DNA of 64,000 nt from Selaginella moellendorffii (taxonomy: Eukaryota; Plantae; Lycopodiophyta), in NCBI RefSeq assembly GCF_000143415.4, contig NW_003314268.1, forward strand, positions 263,117 through 327,116. Reading direction: 5' to 3'. The first letter of the stretch is position 1. The number at the start of each line of letters is the position of its first letter. The position numbers were made by a program, and so were the translations under genes. The notes below the pieces were generated by a model. That model was not told where the DNA came from. It saw nothing but the letters and a program-made list of their open reading frames with translations, and ran no database searches. Positions 10,601-22,830 of this stretch are shown here, in pieces.

Positions 10601-12441
10601 TCAAGGCGCTCAAGGAGTGGCGACACTACCTTGGGAGACACTTCAAGGTTTACACGGACAATGTGGCAACGAAACACTTCTTGTCACAGCCCGACCTAAG
10701 GGGAAAACAAGGTCGGTGGGCCAATGCTTTGGCCGAGTTTGATTGCGAGATCCTGTACAAGCCTGGGAAGAGCAACATCGTGGCAGATGCGCTAAGTCGA
10801 AAAGCGAGCTTGAAATTGGCGATATCTAGCGCGACAGCAACCTTTTGGGACGATGTGCGGACCGCATACGAGAGTGATGGTCTAGCACAAGAAGTGTTGC
10901 TGAGGAATCTGGAGGCGCGGGAAGCTCACCAGAGAGGTGAGCTGCCAACGGAAGAGAAAACGGGCTATGCGGAACGCAACGGACTCATATATTACAAGCA
11001 AACGAGGGTGTATGTTCCAGAAGGGGAACTAAGGAAGGTAGCCTTGGAAGAGTGTCATGACGGACCTCTCGCGGGACACGGCGGAGTGCCCAAGACGATG
11101 GGCTTACTCAAAAGGAAGTATCACTGGCCAGATATGGCTAAGGACGTCCAAGACTATGTAAAGACATGTCCAACATGTCAGCAGGTGAAAGCCGTGACGA
11201 AGGCTAGTGGGGGCTTGTTGCAAAGCATCCCCATTCCAGATCGTCCGTGGAAATGTCTCACGATGGACTTCATCACGGGACTACCCCCAAGCGAGGGGTT
11301 CGATGCGATATTCGTGGTGGTGGACCGATTTTCAAAGATGGCACATTTCATACCCACCACAACGGATGTGGATGCGGAAGGTGTGGCGAAGCTGTTCTTC
11401 GAACAAGTGGTTCGAGTGCGGGGAAGGCCGGAAGAGATTATCTCAGATCGAGATAAGATCTTCACCAGTAGGTTCTGGAGGACACTCCTAGAACAGTATC
11501 GCACCAAGTTGAAATTCAGCACGGCCTATCACCCACAGACAGGTAATGGATATTGAGTCAAGATTGATGGCACTAACACTTCTTGACAGACGGACAAACG
11601 GAAAGGGTGAATAGGCAGCTGGAGGATTATTTGCGATGCTATGTCTCGGGAGACCAGACCGACTGGGTAAGTCATTTGGGACTTGCGGAAATGTGTTATA
11701 ACAACTCACCACATTCGAGCATCGGGGTGAGTCCATGGGAAGTCATCAATGGGCGAGCTATTGAAGGTCCTGTGGAACTCGGCGTGGCCGAGTATCATGG
11801 AGAGTTACCCGCAGTGGAGGCATTCACGGCGGAAAGACTCAACATTTGGAATCTAGTGAGGGATTCCTTGGAACGGGCTCAACAAAGGCAAACTAAGTAC
11901 GCGAACCAAAAGCGTCGAAATGTGGAGTTCCAAGCTGGGGAGAAGGTGTGGCTGAACACCAAGAACCTCAGGCTACCAAGTGGGATCAGCCGGAAGTTGA
12001 CCCAAAGGTAAAAATGCATGTATTCCTGTAAATGAATTGATCTTGAGTTCCTTAAGCAGGTTCGCGGGGCCTTACGAGATTGAGGCTCGAATCGGTAAAG
12101 TGGCTTACCGTCTCCGACTTCCTCGAGAGATGGGGAAGATGCATCCCGTGTTCCACGTGAACTTACTCAAGCCGTATTTTGAGGATCCGCTTCGCAAGGA
12201 CCAAGTAAGACCTTTACCTGAGGTTATCCAAAGGGAGGAGGAATACGAAGTCGAGGCCATCCTCAATGCGCGCAAGAGCAAGCGACAAGGACGCGAGGTG
12301 AGAGAGTTCCATGTGAAGTGGAAAGGATTTCCACACTGCGAAGCAACATGGGAACCGGAGGAGAACCTAGCGAACGTGCGAGATCTAGTGGAGGAATTTC
12401 TGCATGGCAGAACTCTATGTACTTATGCAAAGTTCAATTAA
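7669..12441 (+). CDS. Gag-Pol polyprotein, join(7669..11542,11590..12007,12060..12441), 1557 aa
   Basis: Zn knuckle [14 protein letters not shown]; protease LIDTGAS; RT YIDD; RNase [13 protein letters not shown]; integrase HHCC, MDF..SDRD..GQTER; GPY motif; chromodomain [22 protein letters not shown]. Splicing joins three ORFs into one 4674-nt frame. Confidence 0.92.
11543..11589 (+). other. Spliceosomal intron (47 nt, phase 1) in the integrase core
   Basis: CAG|GTAATG..CACTAAC..TCTTGACAG|AC; removal restores YHPQTDGQTER; in-frame TGA at 11554-11556 if retained. Confidence 0.9.
12008..12059 (+). other. Spliceosomal intron (52 nt, phase 2) in the integrase GPY/F region
   Basis: AAG|GTAAAA..CTTAAGCAG|G; removal restores [12 protein letters not shown]. 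Confidence 0.88.
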
Positions 12442-12846
12442 AAGTATCAATTTGAGAAGTTGAGCAATGGCATATGTTGGGACCCGAAGGCGCGCCGAAG
12501 GTAAGCTAATTAGCATGGGTTAGCTAGGTCGACCAGGCGTAAGGAGCTACGCCCGACTCCCTGCGGGGATGTCGAAACCGTAGACGTATTCTATGGAGGT
12601 TGGGTTCAAGTCCCAACCTCCGTAAAGCAAGGCTGGGTTCAAGTCCCGACCCCATACTAGGGCGTGGTGAGGGGAGGAGTATAGGGACGCCTATATTCCG
12701 TTGTCATGAGCTCTTGGCCGGGGAGGCTAACTTAGGCACACCGCTAAGTGGGGGGATGCCCCCGGAGACATGGTCAACAAGTCGTAGGATAAAAAAAAAA
12801 GAGACGTTCGATGTGGGCATCGAACTTCTTCTATGGGTGGTTGAGT

Positions 12847-13995
12847 TGTAAGGAACCAACTCGCCGAGGTGTCGTAGGCTAAGGGAACCCCGAAAGCATG
12901 ACCAAAATGACAAAGAGTTCATCGGATGGGACCAAGTCAAAGATCGAGTCCAAGACCGACTCTAGGACCGAGTTCGAGATAGAGTCCGGAATCGAGTCCA
13001 AGACCGACTCGGGGACCGAGTTCGAGTCCGAGTTCGAGACCGAGTTCGAGACGGAGTCCGAGATCCGAAATCGGGTCCGAGACCGAGTCCGAAGTCGAGT
13101 CCGAGGTCGGGCTCGAAATCGGGTCCGAGATCGAGTCCGCGATCGAGTCCGAGACCGAATCTGAAGTCGGATCCGAAATCGGATCCGAGATCGAGCCAGA
13201 GACTAAGTCCAAATACTAATACGGGTCAAGGGGTGAAAGCCCAAAGCGTGCGTCCCCCAGGGGGGGGGGGACTGCAGGGGGTTCCAAAAGTATAGTAGGG
13301 ATAGTGAGGTCCAGGAACCAGTTTTGAAGGGACTCTTCAGTTGGGCTTCCAAACCGACTTGAGGTTGGGACTAGGACTAAGGGGCCTTGGGTGGGAGTGA
13401 GCATGGACTTGGCTGGTGCCGGAGGGGCCATCCAAGGAAGTGCTCAAGAGCAACTCCCACTCCCGAAAGGGAAACCGATTGCGGTGCTCCCGGCTCATGT
13501 GGAGTGGTGCCCCACTTGAGTACCATGCGGCTCATTGGTCCTCGCCTTGCCTAGGGGCTTGGGCCTTCCTTCGGGATGGAAGTGGGGGGCGAGAGGTACC
13601 CATACCGGGCCGTTAGGCCACGGTGTTTCGCCCTGGCGTCCCGAAGCAAGTGTTGCACTCAAGACTTGGGATTTAGAGGGTCCCATGATCAAGTCTTGTG
13701 GTACCAAGAGATGTTAGGAACCTGGAAGCTTGGTGTGCTTGACTGCTTGTGCTTGCGGGGAGTGTAGCCGAACCTTAAGTCCAGTCTAACCCGGGGAGGG
13801 GGATTGAGAGTGATTTGGGAATCCGTGGAAGGATGGCTAACACTCCGTTGCTCGTGCAGTGAGTAGCTGAAACCAAGTAGGAGCTGGTACCATAGGCGAG
13901 AACCTTGGCGAGGGAACTTAGCAAAAGCCAAGGCAGTGTTGGACGGATAGACGAGGTAAACTGGCAAATTGGAAAGGAAAAATTTGTGGCTTACA
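12847..13995 (+). repeat. 3' LTR
   Basis: Near-identical to 6461-7609 and of the same length. Confidence 0.96.
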
Positions 13996-15823
13996 GGGGG
14001 TAGAGGGGATGGATGGGAGTTCAGCCCTGATAATAGAGTGAGGATAAATGAATACAATATTGAAGCGAGGACAAATGATATGGATTGTAGAGTGAGGATG
14101 AGCATAGTGAGTTTGAACAAAATATCTAGCCTAATGTGAAACCCAACAAATGCAATAATGGAGTGAGGCCAAATATAGATGGTAGAGTGAGTAGAAGTAT
14201 AACAAGTCTAAATAAAGTTGGTGCTTCCAAATGTTTTTTCCTTTGAAGGGATAAGGAGGATATGAAGGATAAATGGAGTGAGTTCAATTTTTCATATGCA
14301 ATGCTAAACAAAGATGAAGAGACAAGTTCTACATGTAGTTGTAAGTTTGAGTTAACAACAGTCTCAAAGAATTATCAACGAGTAAACTTAAATATGGGAT
14401 ATATTATTTATTGCAATGGAATTTCATGGATTACAATGGTTCTTGAAGTTCTTTGCTTTGGTTCAAAGTTATGGTTTAAGATTAGTTTAAGCATTTGGCA
14501 TTTATACACAAAAGTATAATTGGTTCATTAGGATTTTATAAATGACTAATACTTATACCTTAGCTTTGGGTTTTGTTTCAATCATGGTTGTTAGCAATTT
14601 TATTGGTGGTTTTATGGGAGTTTTAGATTCTTGTGATAATTTATAATTGTCCAATAGAAGCTCCAGATGTTCCACCTGACTTATTGCCATCAACTTTTTT
14701 ATCTTTTGGAGGGGAGGATAGTGTAAGGTTTATAAATATATATATGTATATCTATGTATTACCCTTAATTATAATACTATAGCATATGAACCATTCATTT
14801 AGGATTAAATCTGGTCCATTCATTCTTGTAGAAGTCTAAACCCCAATTAATATGCCTATTCCTATATCTTGGGAAAGAGCTTTACAAACTCACAATTAGA
14901 ATTTAGTATTTATTTATGTTGACCCCAATGCTTTCTTTTTGCACTGCCTAGTTGTTCTAGCTAAGTGTGGGAGGGTTGAAATGCAATCACTATTTACTAG
15001 TTAGGAAAAATCTGACTATGTTTTAACTAGGATCTAGTACTTAAAATATTTATATTTTAGCATTTACTTTTTACCAGAGCTATCAAAAGTATGATTGGAC
15101 ATAGTCATATGTATATATATGAGTAGGATATATATAAAAAACAATTCTACCTAGCATGATTATAATTATAATTGCATGCAAAAGTAGATGCCCACAAACA
15201 AAAGTTTCCACACACATATTAAAACAATTCTAACTTGAGTGTCTCAAACATATTTAAATATTCATGTGAATAATTTTATTAATTAGATTTTAAACACTTG
15301 CTTAATTAGTAATTAGAAGTGGGCTGGAAGAAGCCCATTGTTTGCTGTGTCTTCACTGCATTGCCACCACCTAAGAAAGACAAATAAAGTGCACCTAAAT
15401 ATTGAGCAAGACATGTGTTGCAATTTAACTTTTATCTGCAATAGTAGCCTGTTGATTTTAAGATGCCACACTAGATTGTTTTGATGTGTAGACACGTTTA
15501 ATGTTTTGAAACTAGGAACATTTGAAAGGAATAACCTAATGCTAAAGAAGTCCTATCAACCTCCTATAGCTGAGGTAGATGAGAAAGAGTTTTTTTCTTT
15601 GTAACTTTACACTATCAAAGAGACATATGGCTCTAAAACATTTGGGAGGAATCTCTCAAACATAACTTTGGACTTCAATTTGCAATAAAGAAGCTTCATA
15701 AATTTGGAAAATACAAGTAAGATTTTTATAATTTTCTAATTGATCTCTCATGCTTTACTTAAATAGGTTGAGAAAGTTCATTATTCAAGACTCATAGAAG
15801 AAGTGTGCATCCCTAATGAAGAA

Positions 15824-16251
15824 GTAAATATTTTATCTTGTATATCTTCTTAAGTAGAGTAAAAGAAAGAAGCTTAAGCAAAATTGAGTTATGCCTAATC
15901 TTAGGCATCCAAAAAAGAAAGATTCAACATAAGCAACACTCATTATGGACAAGTATAAAACAATTAAAAACAGTTATAAAATTATGTAATATATAAGTAG
16001 CACTTAGATATATTGAAAAACAAGCCCCACTCATTATTGTATGCATTTATGTTGAATTAACATTTTTTTTTCTTGCCTATATATGTTTGTGCTAAATAGA
16101 GTTGAGAGAATGACATATGTTTATCCTTACTGACACCTTTGGGATTTGAAACTAAGTTATCTTTTATTCTCTTTTTATTCTACTCTTCTTATTCTCTTCT
16201 TTTTCTCTCCTTCTATGTTCTTGTCTCTATTTTTTTATTATTGTTTTATAG
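15824..16251 (+). repeat. ~400-bp intron-like repeat, copy 1 (copy 2 at 22445-22830)
   Basis: Both copies start GTAAAT, end in a pyrimidine tract plus AG, and share blocks such as CCCCACTCATTATTGTA and AATAGAGTTGAGAG. Confidence 0.65.
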
Positions 16252-16256
16252 GTAGG

Positions 16257-19200
16257 TGTAAGACACAACAAAAAATGTAGATGCTTTTTAGAGAATAAGG
16301 TGTGACTAAACCAGTGCATGAGTTCCACAAGATGGTGTTATTCCCTGGCATGGTGTCAAAGAGTCGCTAAGCTATGCCACCAAGGCATATGCTGTGGCAA
16401 TGGTGTTCCAGGAGAGATTGTTACACAGCGGCATCGAATCAAAAGTAGGAGTGGAACTCTAAATGAAGTGTTCAAGAGATGAGCACGAAGCAATCGGTGA
16501 ATGAGTCTTTAAAAAAGGACACAAGAAAGACTGACATATGGCAAATGTTATGACATATAGAAGTGTTAGGAACGAGTTCAAAAAAGAGTCCAAAATGGAG
16601 TTCGAAAAGGAGTTCAACATGAAGTCTAAAATAGAGCCTGATATAGACCCAAGATGGACCCGAGATGGACCCGAGATGGAGTCCAAGATGGAGTCCGAGG
16701 TGGGTCCGAGATAGAGTGTGAAGTCGAGTCTGAGATAGAGTCCGAGGTCAAGTCCAAGATGGACCCAAGATGGAGTCCGAGATGGACCCGAGATGGAGTT
16801 CGAGATGGAGTTTGAGATGGACTTGAGATGGTGAAACGAACAAGAGAGTGAACCCTCAACCCTTAATGCGTTATGACCTTAAATCCCACAGGCCATAGAA
16901 TATTCTTGGAATATTCCTATAGTTCGTGCCTCGCTCATGACCCAGCCATATATGGCAGCCTCGAGAAGCTAAACGAGCCTCACATGAAGGGAGTCCAAGG
17001 TAATACGGCCATGGAGAAAAGATGTGCAAACGGCAACACCAACATCGTGACAAATGGTCACGAAAGAAAGAAAGTAATATGGCTTTCTCATATGACAATA
17101 CAGTCATGGAAAACAAGAGAATGAGAATAGAACAAATGGCTCAAATCATATAGCAATACGGCTATAGAACTCAATTCTCCCCTTCCTTAAGAATGTCATC
17201 CAAGTCATAACCAAAACTCGGAAATCTTCACGTTATCTTCAGTTTCCCATGTAGCTTAGTCCATGGAATAACCATTCCACTGAACTAACAACTCCTTAGT
17301 TGTTTTCCAGCGTGTTTTCACCAATCTTTAAGCAAGAATATTGGCCAGACCAGCCTTCTCTGCATCAATCTTTGGAACCTAGATGATGGACTGATCCACG
17401 ATATCACTAGAGTGCAAACACGCTTTAAGCTTACTTACATGGAACGTTGGATGAATCTTCGAACTAACTAGCAAGTCCAAAGTGTATGCAAGATCCCCCA
17501 CACGCTGTAAAATTGTCCAAGGCCCACAATACCGTGGAGACAACTTAACACTGCCACCTCCTTTTAGAGACCGTTGTGCATCCGATAGCTTAAGGAAAAC
17601 CTTGTCACCAACTTTGTACTCTTGGTGACGATGATGCTCATCAGCCAATTTTTTGTCTCGCTCTTGAGCTTGCCTCATGTTCAATTTTGCCAACTCAAGC
17701 TTGTCTTGCATATCCTCTAGGAAATCATAAGCATGAGGAACCCGAACAAAAGCCAAATTCAAACTCACAAGAGATCTAGGCTCATAGCCATACATTGCCA
17801 TAAAAGGAGACATGCCAATAGCCGATTGATGAGTGCTATTGTGAGCAAATTGAAGCAAGGCAAATACTTCTCCCATACTCCCTGTTGAGTCAAATTTCCC
17901 ACAAAAGACCTTAGCATATCTTCTAATAGCTGATTCATGCACTCTGTCTGCCCATCAGATTGTGGATGCTCACCATTACTCATGCTCAGCTTAGTCTCTA
18001 GCTTCTCAAAGACCGTTTGCCAAAACTTGGATGTGAACTTGGGATCCTGATCACTCACAATGTCACTCGGCAAACCATAGAGATTGAATAACCGATCTAC
18101 AAACAACTAAGCAAGTTCAGAAGCTTTTATTGTTGTCTTCACAAGGAAGAAGTGAGCCATCTTCGTCAAACGATCCACAACAACCCAAATGGCATCATTT
18201 CCTCGAAAAGTTTTGGGCAAACCAGTGATAAAGTTTATCGAGATGCTATCCCACTTATTCTTGGGTACATGTAAAGGATGATATAGACCAGCAAGCTTCT
18301 AATGATCAACTTTGACCGCCTAGCAGGTCAAACAACCACGTGCGTACTTCTCAACATCTAACTTCATCCCAGGCCAAAAGAAATGCCTCTTCATCAACAT
18401 ATATGTTCTCAATACCCTTGGATGCCCAGCATTTGGCATATCATGACACTCAACCAAAATCCGTTTGATGAGTTTGTCAACATGAGGAACCACTAAACGT
18501 CCCTTCTTTACCAGGATTCCATCTCGTATTTCAAATGACGCAAACTTGTCACCCTTCAAATCCGTAGAGGCGTCCCTCAACAAAACCTTCACACGAATAT
18601 CAGTGATAAAGGAGTTGAAGTCAGCAAACTCCTTAAGCTCATCCAAGAGATCACTGGATAGCTTCACGAACGAGATAAAATTTACCATCTTGGATAGCAT
18701 CAACCACTTTATTGTTACCTCCATGCTTGTATCAAATCTTAATAGACATTTCCTACAGGAACTCTTGCCAACGAGCAAGGCAGCCTCAAAGATTCTTTTG
18801 TCGACTAAAATATTGGAGAGACTAATGGCCTGAATCCACATGGAAGTCCGATCCATATAGATAATATTGCCATTCTCGAGTAGGTCAATTCCGCTACGTG
18901 GAATCAAACTTGTGGCTCATGAATGCAAGAGAATGCCTAATTTGAAGCAATACGGCCCCAAAAGCACTATCACTCACATCATTGCCTATAATTTCCACCA
19001 TATTCACTTTATCATTCATTGACCCCTTCAGAACAATCCTTGCTCTGATGTCTAGCTCTATGGCAACGAAAACAATTGCTCTCTGCTTTGTCTTTCTTTC
19101 GCTGGTCCAAACGAAGTTTTTTAGCCTCACTCCCATCTTCATGCTTTGAGCCACAATGGAATAACGGCTGTTTCTTCCCCGAATATGAAGAATCAACAAG

Positions 19201-21209
19201 CTGGTCATCATGTTGACTACTCCGTAGACTATCTCGTTGACTAGAGTTGACTAAGTTGACTAGTGGTTCGGGCGAAAAGATTTGAGCTTTAGTGATAGCA
19301 TTAGTCAATGTTGCTGGAAAATCTTTCTTGACCTTCTGTTGCACATCCACTGAGCTCAAGCCTTTGATGAAACATTACACCTTTAGCAGTTCATTATAGG
19401 TACTCATGAGATTAAGGCAAAGATCACGAAACTTGCGGGCATATGCATCCAAAGACAAAGTCCCCTACCAGATCTCTAACAACTGGTTCACGAGATCAAC
19501 CTCTTCAAAATTCTTGACAAATGAAGTGTGGAAAACTTTCGTCAAATTAGTCCAAGAAGTTGGCTTTGGATTAGCTTTAATGTAGTTCTTCCACCACGAA
19601 GAAGCATGGCCCATAAGCTTCATCACAAAGAAATCTATCTTCACCTTATCTTCACAAGGATTGTGAGACTAACAACTTTCCCATAATTTCAACTAAGAAT
19701 CAACCTTTTGACTATCACAAACATCTGGTGATGATTTCCATTCCATAATGTCATAATCCTTAATGTACCAATGGTAATCATGGACATGAGATCGATTTAA
19801 CCTTTGAGGGTCCATGTGAAGCAAGAAATCTTTAATGAGATTAACAGAATCCTTAACTTCCTTTATGTCGCTCTGAACCTCAGAAATCTAGCATCTTTGC
19901 CGCACAACGACATCATCAAGAGTTTTGTCTTCATCATCATGGCCATCATCACTAACGCCATACTCCTCATCAGGTTCAATATCTTGCTCACTTGCCATCC
20001 CCAAAAGAACGTGCTGCTCCGATACCAATGTAGGCCAACCTCCCAACCCTTAAGGCGTTACGGCCTTAAATCCCAAAGGCTATAGAATATTCTCAGAATA
20101 TTCCTATAGTTTGTGTCAGATGGAGCTCAAGATGGAGTCCAAGGTCGAGTTGAGATAGAGACCGAGATCGAGATTGAGACCGAGACCGAGACCAAGTCCG
20201 AGACCGAGACCAAGTGTAAGACCGAGACCGAGTCTGAGACTAAGACCAAGTCCAAGTCCGAGGGTGAAAGCCCAAAGCAATCAACTCCCAAACCCTAGGG
20301 GCTTTGGGAGCTCTAAAAGTATAATAGGGGGAAGACTCCAATAGTACCAGTTTGGCTAGGAAAGGCCAGTGTGACTAAGGAAAACTATACTTATTTGTTA
20401 GGTGATGATATAACCATTGAGGGGTAGTTTAATGAAGTGTTCAAGAGTTAACTCTAGCTCCCCCAAGAGATCGAATGATCAATGCTCTCAATCCAAGTGT
20501 GGGTGGTACTACTTACTTGGATACTTAGTGTGGCTTAACGGAACCTTGCTCTAGCCCCATGGCTAGGGCACCCAAAAGCAAAAGGTGGGAAGATTATTCA
20601 TGAAGCTTGAGTAGGGCTATGGTGTTCTAAAATGTTATCCTAAAATCCTAAATTGTGAAAAAGAAAAAGAATAATTCTTTAGTGTAGTGATTAAAAATAT
20701 GGTCATATGGTGAAGAAGTTCCAAAGGACAGTGGGACTTAATGGTTAGGCTTGGGGGCCTTGACCCAGTAATAGTGTTGGCAAACATAGCTATGGACAAA
20801 AAGGGACTTGGTGGGGACCAAAAAAGGGATATTGGGGAAGACTATTCCCTATGTTTATGGGCATTTTAAGGATGCTAAGGAATGGATCTAGAATGATCAC
20901 TCATGGATAGATAGCTAAGTCTTTGAGAGATGGGATTGTGATGTAAGTGGTGTTGAATCACCGGTATAACAAAGGTGAATGGGCATGGCCTTAGCATAAT
21001 AAATTGATATGTTGGTAGTACATTTGGGTGTCGGTCATGGGATCGGACATGTGGAGCACTTAGACCAAGTGCAAAGGTTGAGTGGCATGAATGCCATTCT
21101 CGAGGCTAACACTGAAATAAGATTTATGGAGGTTCTGAGTAAGACTCCTCTAAGTGGTTGGATGTGTGGTTAAATGACTAAAGTAGAATAAAAATTTTAA
21201 TCTCTTACA
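16257..21209 (+). mobile_element. Solo LTR (same family as 59218-60707) interrupted by a nested element
   Basis: TGTAAGACAC..TCTCTTACA; imperfect TSD GTAGG/GCAGG; hexamer arrays on both sides of the insertion; 20.3-21.2 kb aligns to the reverse complement of 59.2-60.2 kb. Confidence 0.8.
16849..20118 (-). mobile_element. Degenerate Ty3/gypsy chromovirus lacking protease and RT
   Basis: PBS TGGTATCGGAGC at 20016-20027; gag and knuckle CFRCHRARHQSKDC run straight into RNase H (DVSDSAFGAVL), then integrase (HPQSDGQTE, KLSPRYCGPW), a chromodomain remnant and a PPT at ~17174-17188. LTR copies at ~16849-17173 and truncated at 20029-20118; many stops. Confidence 0.85.
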
Positions 21210-22444
21210 GCAGGGGCAAAAATGCAAGTATAAGCAAATGAAACCTTACTCATTTTTTATAACCACGGTGGGATAAGTTGTCACTTTTTGGCTTGAAAAA
21301 CAACTGGGAGAAAATCACTTGTGAATTCCAAATATGCCCAACACTAAGAATCACAAGTAGATGTCCTTAGTGATTCCAAAGGCCCTGACCCTAAACAACA
21401 TTAAATGAAAGAGCTCTTTTTGTGATTGTAGTGGCTTAATGCCCAAACAATGCAAGAAAGATAGTTCTCAACCGTCACTAAAGCCACAGAGCATGGGATA
21501 AGTTTGAGATTGAAGTACGGCATATATTGTCAAGAAACTCAAGTTTAAATTGTTTTGCTAGCAATTTCTTGAGAAAAATCCAAAAAAAGAATGAATGGAG
21601 TTTGTTTGATGTGGAAAACACCATCAACTATTTAAGAATTTTTTCCTTTTGAGCAAGTTCTCATTTGGGCTTTTAGAAGACACATTTTTTAGTAGTGTGT
21701 CACAATTTTTTTAGGCATACACAAGTAGAAAAATTGGGCACTTGTAACTCTTGTCTTTGACTCTAATTTAAAGAGAGTTAAAACCAACTTTAGTAAAGAA
21801 CAAATTAGGGAATTATTCACCTAAATCTTATGAGGATTTGACAAAGGCAAAATCATAATTAGAACATTGTATTATCTCAAGGCTTTAATCCAAAGTCCTT
21901 TAGCTTGGACAACTACTCAAATACGGTTTAAAAGTAGATTTGTCCCGAGTTTAAGTTTCCTATGCATATTGCAAAAGCCTATGAGACTCGAATAAGACTC
22001 ACAAGTCGAAAATTCAAAAGTTTTATAAAGGAGCTCACTCAACATATCGAAGGAGGCAATCAATTAGTTGACGAGTTGATACAACCAATAAAAGATAAGG
22101 AAACTACGAAGTATCACATGCAAGTCTTGAGCTACCTAAAGACAATCACCAAGAAAGTGGATGGAGTCATAGGTGAGTAGAATCATTAGCACCACATAAT
22201 TGAAGAGCTCAAGAGCGCAATCCCAACTTCTATATCCACCAATATAGAGCACATTAGCTGTCAAGACCAACACATCACTATACATGATCAAAAGAATCAG
22301 AACATACGTTAAGAACTTGATAATCTACACCAAAGTGTTGAGCTTGTCACTATGAAAACCAAGCTCAACAAATTGAAGCAGGATTTAAAGAATCTGATTG
22401 CATAAAGACAAGCAATAGCTTTGTCATGTGGGAGTGATGAAAAA

Positions 22445-22830
22445 GTAAATGTTTTATCTTATATATTTCCCAAGTAGAGCAGTTTAGGCAAAATGAAGTT
22501 ATGCTTAAACTTAGAATAAAAGACTCGACTTAAGAAATACTTGTCATAAATAAACCTGAAATTGTTAAGAATGATTATAAAATCATATAGTATATAAATA
22601 ACACTTACATGTGTTGAAAAACAACCCCCACTCATTATTGTATACATTTGCATTAAATTAGCCATTTTTTCTCCCACTTATGACTGTTTGTGCAAAATAG
22701 AGTTGAGAGTGATATATATCTATCCTTACTCATGCTTTTGGGGTTTGAGGTTGAGTTCTCTTCTATTCTTTTTTTATTTTTCTTTTCTTTTTTATGTTTT
22801 TGTCTCTATTTTTTTATCACTATTTTGCAG
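22445..22830 (+). repeat. ~400-bp intron-like repeat, copy 2
   Basis: Homologous to 15824-16251; followed by GTAGGGGCAA, the empty site of the solo-LTR insertion. Confidence 0.65.

Larger units (their letters stand above)
6461..13995 (+). mobile_element. Full-length Ty3/gypsy chromovirus LTR retrotransposon with intron-containing pol
   Basis: Two 1149-bp LTRs (TGTAAG..CTTACA), 5-bp TSD GGGGG (6456-6460 / 13996-14000), PBS, gag-PR-RT-RH-IN-chromodomain order. Confidence 0.97.
4970..14886 (+). mobile_element. Old short-LTR retroelement, host of the nested intact element
   Basis: Diverged direct repeats TG..CA at 4970-5164 and 14722-14886; purine tract GGAGGGGAGGATAG at 14708-14721 just before the second; degenerate AT-rich interior; no TSD recognised. 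Confidence 0.55.

Noticed and set aside
11543-12059. Reading the pol breaks as ordinary frameshift decay
   Set aside because: Both breaks are GT-AG-bounded inserts whose exact removal restores conserved motifs; no other lesion in the ORF.
12501-12536. Strong donor AAG|GTAAGC in the retrotransposon 3' UTR
   Set aside because: Nearest acceptors give only 27-36 nt and no convincing pyrimidine tract; unresolved.
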